The notes beneath the pieces are model-generated. The model was not told the DNA's origin and searched no databases. It worked only from the letters and a program-made list of their open reading frames with translations. Of a stretch of DNA of 64,000 bases, positions 37,449-50,181 are shown piece by piece. The position numbers and the translations under genes are program-made. Every line of letters begins with the position of its first letter. Position 1 is the stretch's first letter. The stretch comes from the human T2T-CHM13v2.0 reference genome, Homo sapiens: the NCBI RefSeq assembly GCF_009914755.1, contig NC_060938.1. The stretch is one strand, 5' to 3'.

Positions 37449-38484
37449 TCTTAGTGTCAGATAAATAATACATACTCAATAAACACAAACTCCCTTAATC
37501 CTAATATAAAGTATTGAATTTGAATATGGTTAATTAAAAAATAGGACAGCCTTCTAATAAGTAATAAAAATATAACAATACCCACTTTGGATATAAGCAA
37601 TGGCAAGATGTTATCTGAAAACTTGAATTTTTGAATAAATAGACTAAAAACAATTGATTCAGTAAGTTAAAATGATTGCCACACTTGTGTATTGACCAAA
37701 GTTATTTACAGAGATATCAGTGGCAAAACTACTACTGAGATTTATACAAAAATCATTTAATACATTCTGTTCTTTGACTAATTTCACATAATTTTTGAAA
37801 CAGAGCTTAATTATCTCCTTTTGGATATTGTAGCTTTTTCCTGGAAGTGAAGTTGTGCTAAATTTCAATGCATCGTCACTTATCTAAGCAATCTTTAGTA
37901 AGACTTTGTTTCCGAAGGTGCCAAGTGTCTGATACATTTTCTACTTAGTATTATAAAATGTTAATTATTCAATATGACACCAAGCAAATTACTATTGAGG
38001 AGTCCTTATGAATAAATCAGCTATAGAGTAAAGATACTTAATACAGACATCCCAATCAAAACACTATAACTTGGAGATATGAATTAAAAGTCATTAAGGC
38101 TTTTAAAAATTATGAAGAAAGCTCACATGATTGCCAGGGACGGCTGCTGAGAGAAATCCTACTTAAAAAATTTGGAGATTTGCACAGTTTAAAAAAATCT
38201 TCCTTTAGAATTCTCTGGCCTTTAAAGATTTTTATTGGGAGAGAGAAAAATTAATACACAAGGTGACCTATATAATGGTCAAATTTTAGAATGATGTAAG
38301 TACTGGCTGAAAGTCACTTGGGTGGTCAAACCTTACAGCGTGGCCATCTGTTTCCCAGGTGGACACTGTTTGCATCACTCTTGATATAGGGCTGTTAACC
38401 ATTAAAGACTATTTTTCAATATTTGGTTATGTCAAAGACTTATTCAATTTATTTTAAGATTCTACTTTTGTAGTTAAAAAAATC

Positions 38485-38850
38485 ATTTTAATGCAGTTTA
38501 TAATAGCAAAAGTCAGAAACAACCTAAATGTCCTACATTAGTGGATTGTATAAATTATGGTGTATATATTTAAGGACAAACTATGTTGCTATTAAAATTA
38601 TGTTGAAGAAAAACATTTAATAACAGGAAAGATATTTATAATATATTAAATATTAAAGCACACCACCAAATAATTTTGTAGAGAAGATTAAAAAAACACT
38701 TAAAAATATATTTATGAATACATGATACAATATAATAATTATATATTAACACATTATATATTAATAAGTGTTATCCCTAGGTGGTACAATTTTATGTAAT
38801 TTAATTTTTTATTTTCTAATAGATATTTTGTAAATATACCACAATGACCA
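38485..38850 (+). mobile_element. Old L1ME-type 3' end
   Basis: 'tataatagcaaaa..gaaacaacctaaatgtcc..ataaattatggtgtat'. Confidence 0.65.
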
Positions 38851-38994
38851 TAGATTTTCTTTTTGAGGGATTGGTGAGGTTCTTTATTGAGATTATACAA
38901 TCAAACAAGGGAATTATGACTTTCATACTACATATTCTATTACAGTCATGTTGCATTCGGATGGATCTAGGAAAATGTATAAAAATATAATGTT

Positions 38995-39150
38995 GAATAG
39001 TAATAATGCATAATATGTGACAGATAGCTCAAATGCTTACCATGTAGTAATAATATATTTAATCTCCCAAGCAATCCTAGGAGGAAGGTATTATAGTTAT
39101 CTCTATTTAGTGGATAGAAAAATAGAGGTGCCAAGATGATTATAAGTAGA
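38995..39150 (-). mobile_element. MIR SINE (degenerate)
   Basis: 'atttaatctcccaagcaatcctaggaggaaggtattat..atagaaaaatagagg'. Confidence 0.55.
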
Positions 39151-40694
39151 TTTTGAAATGAAGCATAAAGTGGAAAGAGAGAAAGTGAGAGAATGATGAA
39201 TGCAGAGAGAGGAAGAAAGTGATGAGTATAAGTAAAATAGTGTAGTTTTAAAAAAACTCTTGCATCTTGCAAAAGTTGTAATGTAACAAAACGACATTTT
39301 CTAAGTAAGAAAAAAAAATCTAATCTTAAGAAAAGTCTGTTAAAAATGTCATAACTCCCAAAATGTGCTATTTATTCTTTTGCAATATTTTATTTTTTGT
39401 ATTAAATGGATAAGGTAAAATGAAGTGTATACTAAGAAATATCTGTAAAGATGATCATTTACCTTATTTATCTGATAATAATTCTAATGAAAGAAATTTT
39501 TATAACGTTCCATAGTTATTAGTTTATTTCTGAACTTACTTTTTCCATGATGTCCCTACAAAATCTTTTCTTAGCATCATTGTGTACATTTGCTGTTCTG
39601 TCCTGATAATGATCTCTTATGTTTCCTGGGTGGCAACATTATTAATGAAATATTTTATAGTTCTGTAAAATTTGAGGTGTTTTGGTTTAGTGTGTCATAT
39701 TTTCTTGCTTTCTCAATGCCAAAGCAAGTGGGTTTTTTTTCAACATTGTAAATATGTTGATTCAGCTGTTGGAACCAAGGCTGAAAATTTGAGAAAGACA
39801 ATCAGCATGCAGTAATTAAACACAATAAGATCAATTTGGCTAAGCTTTTTGAAACTAGTAATTCTGAGGGCAAAATAAATAAACATGTATTCTATTATTT
39901 AGCATTTTTTTAATTTTGAAGAAAATTACGAAAGTACTTTTAGGAAAACCATTCTGCGTCCACCTGACATCAAACATGAAAATCTATTTTGAATGTAGAT
40001 GCACTTTTCTTAGAAGTAGTATATGATCTAGTCCAAGTAACAAAGGCAGATTTAAGAAAATAGACATGAGAAGCTTTTCATTTCTGCTCATTTTCTCTGG
40101 TAAAGCCAGAGTTTTAGAAACATGAAAATAAGACAGAATGTTTCTTGTGATTGTTTCAAATGGTTCTGAATGTGCTTCTGTTTTAATCTCTTATATTTAA
40201 TGATTCATTGTTCCCATTTGAATCTGGCACTTGATGAGTTATACAATTAGGAAAAGTGCATCTTGAGGTGTAAGGCAATGAGGAAAAATAAGCAAATGAG
40301 ATTAAAATGTGCTTTAGAAACCAAATCACTCTAGGAGTGTCTACTCAAATCTTAAAAAGATGTAATTTTCCTCCTATATAAACATTAAGGAACATCTTTA
40401 AATATCACATCATATCTATGTCAAAAATCTGCCTTTGATGAAGAAAAGATGCTTTAATTAGATATGTTATTACTGATGTATTTGCTGTGTTTCTTCCTTC
40501 ACCATTTTCTAAGTGGAATTGAAATCACATTGGTTAGTGTTGGAATTTGAAGTACATATAGCTTTAAAACATTATAAAATGCACCACAAGGCTTTTAACA
40601 TTTTTGGGTACCCACCTGGTCATTAACATATAAATCACTATCTTAATTAGACTATCATCTAATGAAACATTTTTCAAAGTATATTCCTAAGTGT

Positions 40695-40805
40695 TTGGCG
40701 GGGCCGGGGGGTGGTAATTAGAATTATCAATTAAATTTTTTTCCGGTTTCCTGTTGCCTGGGAAAGACCTTATAAAAGCAGCCCTCCCCACTCTTTTTAA
40801 TCCTT
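40695..40805 (+). promoter_or_regulatory. Candidate core promoter or enhancer (GC box, ETS-like sites, TATA box)
   Basis: GGCGGGGC at 40697-40704, TTCCGG at 40741-40746, TATAAAAG at 40771-40778, in otherwise AT-rich unique DNA; motif evidence only. Confidence 0.3.
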
Positions 40806-41257
40806 TAAAAGCTAAAATGAGAAATAGAATTAATAGATAAGATCTAATGTTCTCTGTGTTTAACCTATACAAACTAACAAGAACTATTGATGACTTTATC
40901 TGTGGTATTGAAAACTGGATTGAATTGAACAGTCTTTATTGCTTGACAGGGAGAATAATGACCAAACACAAAAAGGAGATTTGTTTTCTTGTAAATTATG
41001 TGGTTTAGAACCTAGCTATCAATTCTCACTTTGAAACAGCTTTGAATTCCTAGTTTGGATGCAAAGTCAGCTCCTGGGAATTTTTTTCTACAACTTTGCT
41101 CTCTAGTCTTTTTAACTTGATAGCATTTTACCAGCAATATTTACCAGAAATACAGCTTTTATGGGCTGGTTTTTTGGTACATTGAGTGTGCCATACTCAT
41201 CCAGGGATAAGAGGTCCTCAAACAACAGAAATATCTTAATTTCTTTCTTATATCTAA

Positions 41258-41470
41258 TAATAATAATGATTGGGCACTTAACTTGTGTCAGACATTGAGC
41301 TAAGGATTGTATAAACTTTACTTCATTTAATCTTCATCAGTAATGCATGAAGCAACTACACTTGTTACAGATGGGGAAAATGAGTCCTGGGATACCTACT
41401 AGAATGTCAGATGTCAGTGGCAGAGTCAAAATGGGTCTGAATCCCAAAACAATGCTATTAACTACCACTC
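41258..41470 (-). mobile_element. MIR SINE
   Basis: 'tgtgtcagacattgagctaag..tcatttaatcttca..tacagatggggaaaatgag'. Confidence 0.7.
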
Positions 41471-42024
41471 CTGACGACCTCCAACATTGCCATAGAATCA
41501 GGAAATAAATTCCTCCATTTTATATGAAGATGAAGACAATTTAATATAGCCTACTCATGACTTTTCAGAATGTCTTATTCTGGTTACAATCTCTCTTTAG
41601 CCATCCGGACATGTCTAATTCACTTTATCACCACAGTGCTCTGTCTGCTATTTGGTGAATCATCTATTCCTCTTCCTTACGACTTCCTTCACTTCAAAGC
41701 TCCAACTTTTTGTTGAGAAACTCTCTGCAAAATAGTTTACTCCAGGTTTTCTCCCCTGCAGATCATCCATTTTCTCAAGGCTGCCTACTCTGACACTGCC
41801 TTTCTTTGCTTCTTATCCTCAGGCTATTTTATACCTAGAGACTAAAGATCAAAGTTGTAGACTGTTCATTGATCTTCCTCTGTAGGATTTCTGTTTCAGC
41901 CTGAGTAAGATTATTGGAGAAAGAAAAATGGACAGTTACTTGAAGATACTTAAGGCAACTGACAAAGGGAAAGGGTAAGAGAGCCTTAAAATATACTAGT
42001 ACTAAACTTAATGGATAGTTATCC

Positions 42025-42202
42025 ATCATAGAATTTTAATACTGAAGAGGTGACAAAAAATCATGTAATCTTAGCACTCTTCTTTATAGATGATGAATCT
42101 GGAGTCTAGAGACAGTGACTAACTTGTCTAAGATTTCTGGGTTAGTTAGTGGCAAATTAAGATAAGCCTCTGGATGCAAATGTCCTTTCTATTACAGCAC
42201 AC
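42025..42202 (-). mobile_element. MIR3/MIRc SINE
   Basis: 'catagaatttta..tttatagatgatgaatctggag..aacttgtctaag..ttagttagtggca'. Confidence 0.65.
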
Positions 42203-42734
42203 AACTTACTTGAATTTTCACTGATTTAACACCATTTATTTATTCATGTATCCATCCATCCTTCCAAACTGTAACTATAATTCAGGACATGTTCATCAAA
42301 GTCATGCTATGGGCACATTATATGCACTTGGAACTTATGAGAGACGCTAGGAGCTTATGAGATATGAGTATAACATGGTTGTTGTTTTTAACAATATGGC
42401 AACTATACATGATCCAAGAAATAACTATGGAGAAATAACTATATAGAAAAAACTATATTGCAAATGTTAAGGTGTTAATTCACTGTGTTGCTTAATAAGC
42501 AACTTCATTAATGTGAGAGAAAAATAAAGCACTAATTTTTCATAGCACAACTTTTGTGACTTTCTACTCTATGAAGTCTACAGGAGGGGGAAACTAGAGG
42601 AAAACTAACAGGTTCTTTGGCAGGAGGTACACAGTAGAAGCCCTTGAAGGAGATGTCTCTAGTCTAAGAGCTCGCCTGGAGAAGAGTCTGATTATAGGCT
42701 AATCATCATGGATTTGAGTCAAGATTGAATCCAG

Positions 42735-43045
42735 GGCCGGGTGCGGTGGTTCATGCCTGTAATCCCAGCACTTTAAGAGGCTGAGGCAGGTAGATAACTT
42801 GAGATCAGGAGTTTGAGACCAGCCTGGCAAACATGGCAAAACCCCGTGTCTACTAAAAATACAAAGTTAGCTGGTCATAGTGGTGCACACTTGTAGTCTC
42901 AGCTACTCAGGGGGTTGAGGCAGGAGAATCGCTTGAATCCAAGAGGCAGAGGTTGCAGTGAGCCAAGATCACACCACGGCACTCCAGCCTGGGCGACAGA
43001 GTGAAACTCCATCTCAAAAAAACCAAAACCAAAACCAAAACAAAA
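42735..43045 (+). mobile_element. AluS (Sx/Sz-like) with (AAAACC)n-patterned tail
   Basis: Dimeric Alu; TSD AAGATTGAATCCAG/ACGACTGAATCCAG. Confidence 0.95.
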
Positions 43046-43862
43046 ACGACTGAATCCAGAAGAGTATGGCAGTGATGGGCAGAACTGAGGCCACAACCAG
43101 GGTATGAACTCAGGCAAAAGTGAGTATACTTGAACCAGTTGACCAGGAGACAGAAGGAAGCAGAAGTTTTTATTTCATAAATAATGTCCATAGAGATTAA
43201 ATATATGCATATAAAAATGAAATTGCCTCAGAGAGCCTGATACACTTTTTCCTTGGAATAGTCAGTGAAAAGGAGTGGCTTCAGTATCATGGCAGTTCAA
43301 GAGTTCCAGCACCACCGCCCTTGAGTGTGTTGTGGCAGAATTTATTATTTACAAATCTTTCTGGAACTTGGGATAAAGGCTGTGGGCAATAACTCATTGG
43401 ATGATGTGAATCAACAACCTATCAGTAATAGCATGCTTACTAAAAAGCTGAAGTGAACTGCCAGGGAACTGGCTATAGGTGTAAGAACTTACAAGGATGT
43501 GGGTGGTTATGAATCTGTTAATAATTATATATTAACATAATAACTACTTCATCAAGATGGTGTGAACTATTCAAATATTGGTCCAATGATACAACTCTTT
43601 GATAATGAAGCATGATCCCTTGTTATAAAACAAGTGATTTAAAGATTTTTTAATAATCTGTATTTTTTTCTCTCATCAATTAAAATGAGGTTAAAAAAAC
43701 CATGAAGTTGAAAACTTTAATAGGCAATCATTCAGATATCATGTCTACAATAAACCATATTTGGGATGTGAGAAAAATATCTAGTTAATTTAATTATGTT
43801 ATGAATTTTTGATAGAACGTTAGACTAAAAATACAATCTCCTTTCAACTCTTTCAGTTATCC

Positions 43863-43886
43863 TATATATATATATATGTATATATA

Positions 43887-43917
<31 letters not shown>

Positions 43918-43932
43918 GTGTATATATATATA

Positions 43933-43981
<49 letters not shown>
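43863..43981. repeat. Compound (TA)n/(TG)n microsatellite, ~119 nt
   Basis: Uninterrupted purine/pyrimidine alternation ending in (TA)18. Confidence 0.97.
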
Positions 43982-43983
<2 letters not shown>

Positions 43984-44489
43984 TCCTGCTCTGTAGAAAT
44001 TTTAGGTTTCATCTCACTTAGAAGTTTGTGTTTATTTATGGCTCTGGAAACTTAAAAATATGATAAAAGGCTAATGGTTTGCTATTCCACAGAATACATA
44101 GAAGTAGATATTCACAGCCGACAACAGATTTAGGTTTCAAAGCCTCAGAAATGTCACTTGATCCTGGCTTAAAAACATCTGATACAGCTTTTCAAAGAGC
44201 CCCTTCACCTAAGACAAATATAAGACAAATAAATAGTGATGCCTGTACTGAGGGAAATAGAATAACAAATATGCTGGCTTGATTTGTGTTGCCATTTAGG
44301 AGAAAAGCTCAAAATGACAGGTAATAAGAAATCAGGGCTGATTTAATTAAAAGCCAATTAAACCATGTACATTTAAGAATTATTTCTCATATACATGTTT
44401 TTATTAATAAAATAATCTATTCCCCTGCTGAAGAAATAAACTGTAAACCGCAGGGGACTAACAGGACAGAGATTTACTTCACATCCATG

Positions 44490-44790
44490 CTACAAAAGAT
44501 AAGGAGGCTTTACACAGAGGTCTAAGCAGATGGTGGCTCCACTGTCTTGTAGCTACAACATCATCTGGATACAGATCTTCCTGGGGCACCACAGTAAGGA
44601 AACAGAAACTAGAGAATTTCATATATATGTTTCACTGTCTTAGCCAACAAGAAACAAATGTGGCTTTCACTTACATTTTGCTAGCTATAAATATTCCCAT
44701 GAGCAACCACAGTGCAAGGAGTAGGAGAAGTGGAATCCTCTGGTGTGCCCAGGAGAGGATAACTAAGTATGAGGATATGTTAGAAGTCCC
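44490..44790 (-). mobile_element. Old MaLR LTR (MLT1K/L-like)
   Basis: 'tttcacttacattttgctagcta..tgcaagg..ggagaagtgg..tgtgcccaggagagg'. Confidence 0.55.
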
Positions 44791-45845
44791 TGGTTGTGTT
44801 GTGAGAAGCAAAAAGCAGCATTTTCCCAAGGTATTTACACATGAGGTAAGATGAGAACACCTAAAAAGATACTACAAATATAACAAAGTTTAGGTTTATA
44901 AAACAGAATTTTAGAAAGAGTATGTTATTATGAGAAACTGCAGAAGGAAGCTAGTTGAAAATTGTTCAGGCAAATTGAACTATGCTAGGGTAGTTGGAAG
45001 TTTTGGTTGAGGAATAAAGTTGATACTAATTGACCCTGACATATCAACTCATAGGAGGCTCCTTTCTGGGGCCATCTTTGGAATTGGTGACGTTCAAATT
45101 CAAGATTTTCCTGCTGTTGTACCTAGGAGTCAGGCTTTGAGGGAGTCAAACACTGCAGTGCTCAAGATGGCAGGCTTTTTCTGTTCTTATTTTTCCTGGT
45201 GTTGTTAATTTATTAAGTCTATGTTCTGACATAATATACTATGCCTGAAAGAATATCACAGCATCAAGATTCAATGATGTGCTTTGAATTTGTAATTTTT
45301 GCTATTTTAAATGATTCAGCACCAGACTGATGAATGCAATGAATGACAAGTAAGTACCAAGAAAGAATAATACCTACCAGTTAAGGAGTAATCTACTATA
45401 TTTATTCTACATCCCTTATTCTGGCAGGAAGAACACTCTCCACAGATCGCACACATTTATGTACTCTTGCAGGGATCAATAGGTAGAATTAGAATAGGTC
45501 CCACTTACACAGGAATTAAATGTCCAGCAGTTCAGCTTTCTCGAGCATATATATGAAGTGTGCAGAAATGAGCTCCAATTCATGAGAGAAATAGCCATTA
45601 CAAGGCTTATGTAGCATTTCATGGGCACATTATATACAGAGTAACCGACAGACATTCTTCTATAATCCCAGAAATGTTGTGCAAAATCAACTTTAATTTT
45701 CAAGTTTGGCTAGGCATTGTTTAAAAAAAATAGACAATTTGCAGCAAAGAGCCAGAGTTAGGGATGAATAAAATTCGAGGAGAAATTGATGTCTAACAGA
45801 GTGACAAGTATGACAGATGGAGAAGTGACAGTTAATTGTGAGAAA

Positions 45846-46330
45846 GGTCTATCAGTGAGATTGCAAGTAAACAGCAAAATTCCAACTCAAACCAGATAAA
45901 GCAATTTACTGAATCATATAACTAAAAAGACCAGTGGTAGGGTGGCCCTTGGCATGGTTTGATTAGGATGTTGGTTCTATAATTCTCAGCTCCGCAACAC
46001 TGCATTTGGCTTCATCCGTGGTCTGTCTTTTCATAGTCCAGAGACATAGTGCTAATGGTGTGCTTCTTGTCATATTTGGTGCAGATTGAGATCTTGTTTC
46101 TGATTTTTGCCTTATTTGAACCAATCAATTTCTTTGGTTAGGATAATGTTAAGCCTTGAAAATGTCATGCCTGAAGCAGTGACTATGGCAAAAGGAATGA
46201 AGTTACCTTGATGGGACATGCCCTGGATTTGAGAGAAAGGTCAATGTCATTCCCTTTCTTCAAACCATATGGTTGCCATACAAAAGAGATGTTAGAACAA
46301 TGTTGGGGAAAAAAAACCATAATATCAACA
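45846..46330 (-). mobile_element. Old MaLR LTR (MLT1J/K-like)
   Basis: 'ttgcaagtaaacag..ccaactcaaacc..atttactg..cataactaaaaag'; 'gcagtgactatggcaaaaggaatg'. Confidence 0.55.
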
Positions 46331-47319
46331 ATTAAAGAACAGCAAACAAATGTAAAAAGTAAACCTGAAAAGTGGTGAAATATGGTGATTGGGGCCTTTT
46401 AGCCAAGAGAAAATTGGTTTATTTCAATAGCTTCTTATTTAATACAACAAGATATAATAATGCACACTTACAATAATGTCATGAGAGCAATAAAATGTGA
46501 AGTTATAATAGTATTTCCTTCTGGGAGGCTGCATTTCCTCATGTCCTAGTGGTAAGAGTAAGTTTGATAAGACAGGAATGATTAACTGAATTTTTTTCTT
46601 TTTCAACTGCATGCTTGACTTCATTTTATATGAAAGCGAAATCTGGAAGGGATAGAGGAAAAACTGACACAGTAGAAACTTCTGTAATGCTGACTTCTAT
46701 GTTCGCCCTTAGCATACGCTATGAATTTGAGAGGTACATCTCAAAGCTGGGCAATCACTATATATAATCTATAATAATGGTATGGTAAGAAAGGGTAGTG
46801 GTATGCACTGTATCAAGGTTTAATGCCTCTTTAAATGAACAGGAAAATGAGCTGAGGTTAATGTCTATGTGATTCCCCATCAGATCATATAGGCAGTGAG
46901 AGAGCTCATTATGATTAAACTGGCAGTGGTAATGTGAGGCTAGATTCAGAGAGTTCAGCTGATGGAGGGAGCACCTATATGCTATCAGCATCTCTCTAGG
47001 ACTCCTGGCACAATTGCAGCATCTTTGATCAGTGTGTTTAAAATAATTGTTTCTAAATGGACAAAGAAATTGGTGTGAGAGGAGTAGAAGACTAATGGTC
47101 TTTTCCGGATGTTTCCAGTGAATAGAGGTTTGTTCTGTACTCTCTGGGACACCGTGAAAATTCTGAAAGAAGTCTGTAACACATACCACCATCCCAGGGG
47201 GATCAGAAACTACCTCTCTGAAGCCACATTAAGAGACATCCAGAAAATACATAATAAAGAAGCATATTTTTATCAAGTTCAGAAACTGTGAAAATGTAAC
47301 TATTTAAGTTACACAGAAA

Positions 47320-48446
47320 TAAATAAAAATCGCCTTTGAACAATATGAGAAGATGCTCAACTTCACTCATAATAAATGAAATATAAGTGAAAACTATGAT
47401 GAGATAACTATTTCTCATATAACTGGTAAAAATTCAAAAGTTTGATAACATACTCTACTGGTGAGGCTTTGAAGAAATGGGACTCTTATATTGCCAATAG
47501 AAATGCAAATTATTATAACATCTATGGAAAATAATTTGGTTACATTTACCAGAATTTTAAATGAGTTTATCTTGTGGTGCCCAATCCCCCATCTCAGAAT
47601 TTACCTCGAAGATGCTTTTCCACAAATATGCAGGTGATTGTTAAGTTTGTCATTATTTTCCATAGCAATATATTTATAACAACCTACATGTCCAACCATA
47701 GGAGGTTTTTTTGAATAATCTGTAATACATTCATACAATGGAGAGCTTTGCTGTAGAAAAATACTAGAAAGTCTGTATAAATTGATGTGGAGTTGTATTG
47801 ACTTTTTAAATGCATTGTTAACTTAAAATATCAAGCTCCAAAAGAGTCTATGCTACCTTTTGCGTGTGAAAAGTGAAATACTAATGTTGTTTATTTAGAA
47901 AAAAATGAAACATAAGAATAAAAAAGTATTGAAGCTGGTACCTATGGGGACTGAGTGGAATGAGGATAAAAGGGACAGTAGTAAGATATCCTCTATTACA
48001 TGGTTTTAAATAGTTTTGACCCTTAAACCATATCAATATTTTATGTATTTACAAATTAAATTAAAGAGAATAAAAAAGAACCCTCTAAAATGGAATTTAA
48101 ACAAAAACAAATAAGCCTAACTTTACCAAATTGATAATATAACGACCCAACAAAAAGAATTAATTTAAGTAACTTTTTATCAACAGTATTTTTACTCATT
48201 ATAATTAGTGGATTTATTGCATAAGGACATATGAAATTACAAAGAACATTTATGCCTTCTTTTTTAGGCTTGGCTATGGTAATGGATTTAATTATGAATG
48301 GATAATTCATGGAAATGGTAATGGTAATTCATGGTAATGGATGTTTAATTATGAAACTATTTTGTGTATATTACGGAAGAACAAATAAGGAAATATATTG
48401 ATGTTCTTTGGAATTAGGTTTCTCCTTGGGTAAAGGAATATACAAA
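47320..48446 (+). mobile_element. L1MC-type ORF2 end and 3'UTR
   Basis: 'agatgctcaacttcactcataata..aaaattcaaaagtttgataacatact..ggtgagg'. Confidence 0.75.
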
Positions 48447-49827
48447 TGAAATTGCCTGTGAAAGATATGACAGTGAGAAAGGTCAAGCATGGCTACTCCA
48501 TCTTGCCTCTAGAATCATAGGCCAGCTGTCCTTGCTCATTCCTGGGCACAGACCAAGCTAGCCATGGGAGGAATTTAGTTTACAGTTTAATTTTGAAGCA
48601 AGGATGATAGTAGTCACTCCCTAAAACAAACATCCTCTTTGCTCAGGGATCAAAGCCACCTTTGTAAGACTAATGGAAGGCCATAAGATTAGGATTATAA
48701 AAGGAGCTTGAATTCTGCTAAGATGTAGATGTAGCTAAATGATAACCAGCCATTTTCTTCTGGCTTTCCTTTCTATAATCCCTTGCTGCTCAGGAATCAT
48801 GTGTCCAGAAGTCACAAGATTTGTGACTTTCCCAGTTGCTCCTATAGACAACATTACTGTTATAGAATGTAAGATTGGCCTTTTGAGATGTTTTTCAGGC
48901 TTTTGCATTCTGGCAACTGACTGACTCAACCCATAATTGGGAATCATGACTCAACCAGTTTGGTAACCCCCACCCAGAGGTGAATTTAGCTCCTGAGGGC
49001 CATTTTTCACATTCTTATGATTTCATTCCCAACCAATCACCAGCACCCCATTTCCTAGGCCTCTGGAAAATTATCCGTAGAAACCCTAGCCTCTGAGTCC
49101 TCATGGAAACTGATTTGAGTAATAACTGCAGTCCTATTGCTTGGCTAGCTCTGTATTACTTATAGAACTCTTTCTCTTCCGCAATACCGTGGTCTCAGTA
49201 AATTGTTTTTTTTCTGTGTAATGGGCAGAAAGAACTCGTTAGATGATTACACATGTGGAGGCTCAATCAGGATCTGCCTTTGCAGGCACCTGCCTGTTGG
49301 GTGCTTGGGTGGCTTATCAGCCCCCAACCAGTACAACGGATTTAGAGGTTCATTGTAGCAGTTGCTTATTTCTCTTGAACTGAGGGCCATCCCAGGCACT
49401 GTCCATGCTGAAGGGGTGCTTTCAGCCCATAGTGTTTGAGCCTAATCACAGTGGAGAAATTGTTCCTGGAAGGCATCTTTCAACTTAGTGTGGTGACTAT
49501 TCAAAGTGCAACCAACATCCCCTTCCTTCTCCTAATGATTGTGTGGCTTCTTTTGCAGATTCTGTTTTGCCCCTTTTGCAGGTTCTGGTTGGCCCCTTAG
49601 CTCCTTTGTGTGTTCTGTTCACCTCTGCTAGATTACAGGAAGAGGCTTGGTTTGGGGAGATTTCTCCAGGTCATCAAAAACCACTATACTGTTCTGGAAG
49701 CTGCAGAGAAAGATAACCCAGAAACCTGACATGCCAGAAAAAGAGCAAGAATTTCTTACTAGCCAGGATTCTGACTTTTCTCTCTCTGTGCAAACTGGTT
49801 GAGCAAATGGTAAAAATCAGTGTTTGT

Positions 49828-50181
<354 letters not shown>

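Noticed and set aside
46758-47192. Longest ORF in the track (144 aa, minus strand)
   Set aside because: No recognisable domain, no convincing splice or promoter context, and a length attainable by chance in 64 kb. A tblastn or PhyloCSF check would settle it.
48275-48358. Short repeated words (GGTAATGG, AATTCATGG, TTTAATTATGAA) superficially like an array
   Set aside because: Local slippage or micro-duplication inside L1MC with no repeat-spacer periodicity. No CRISPR-like array is seen anywhere in this eukaryotic window.
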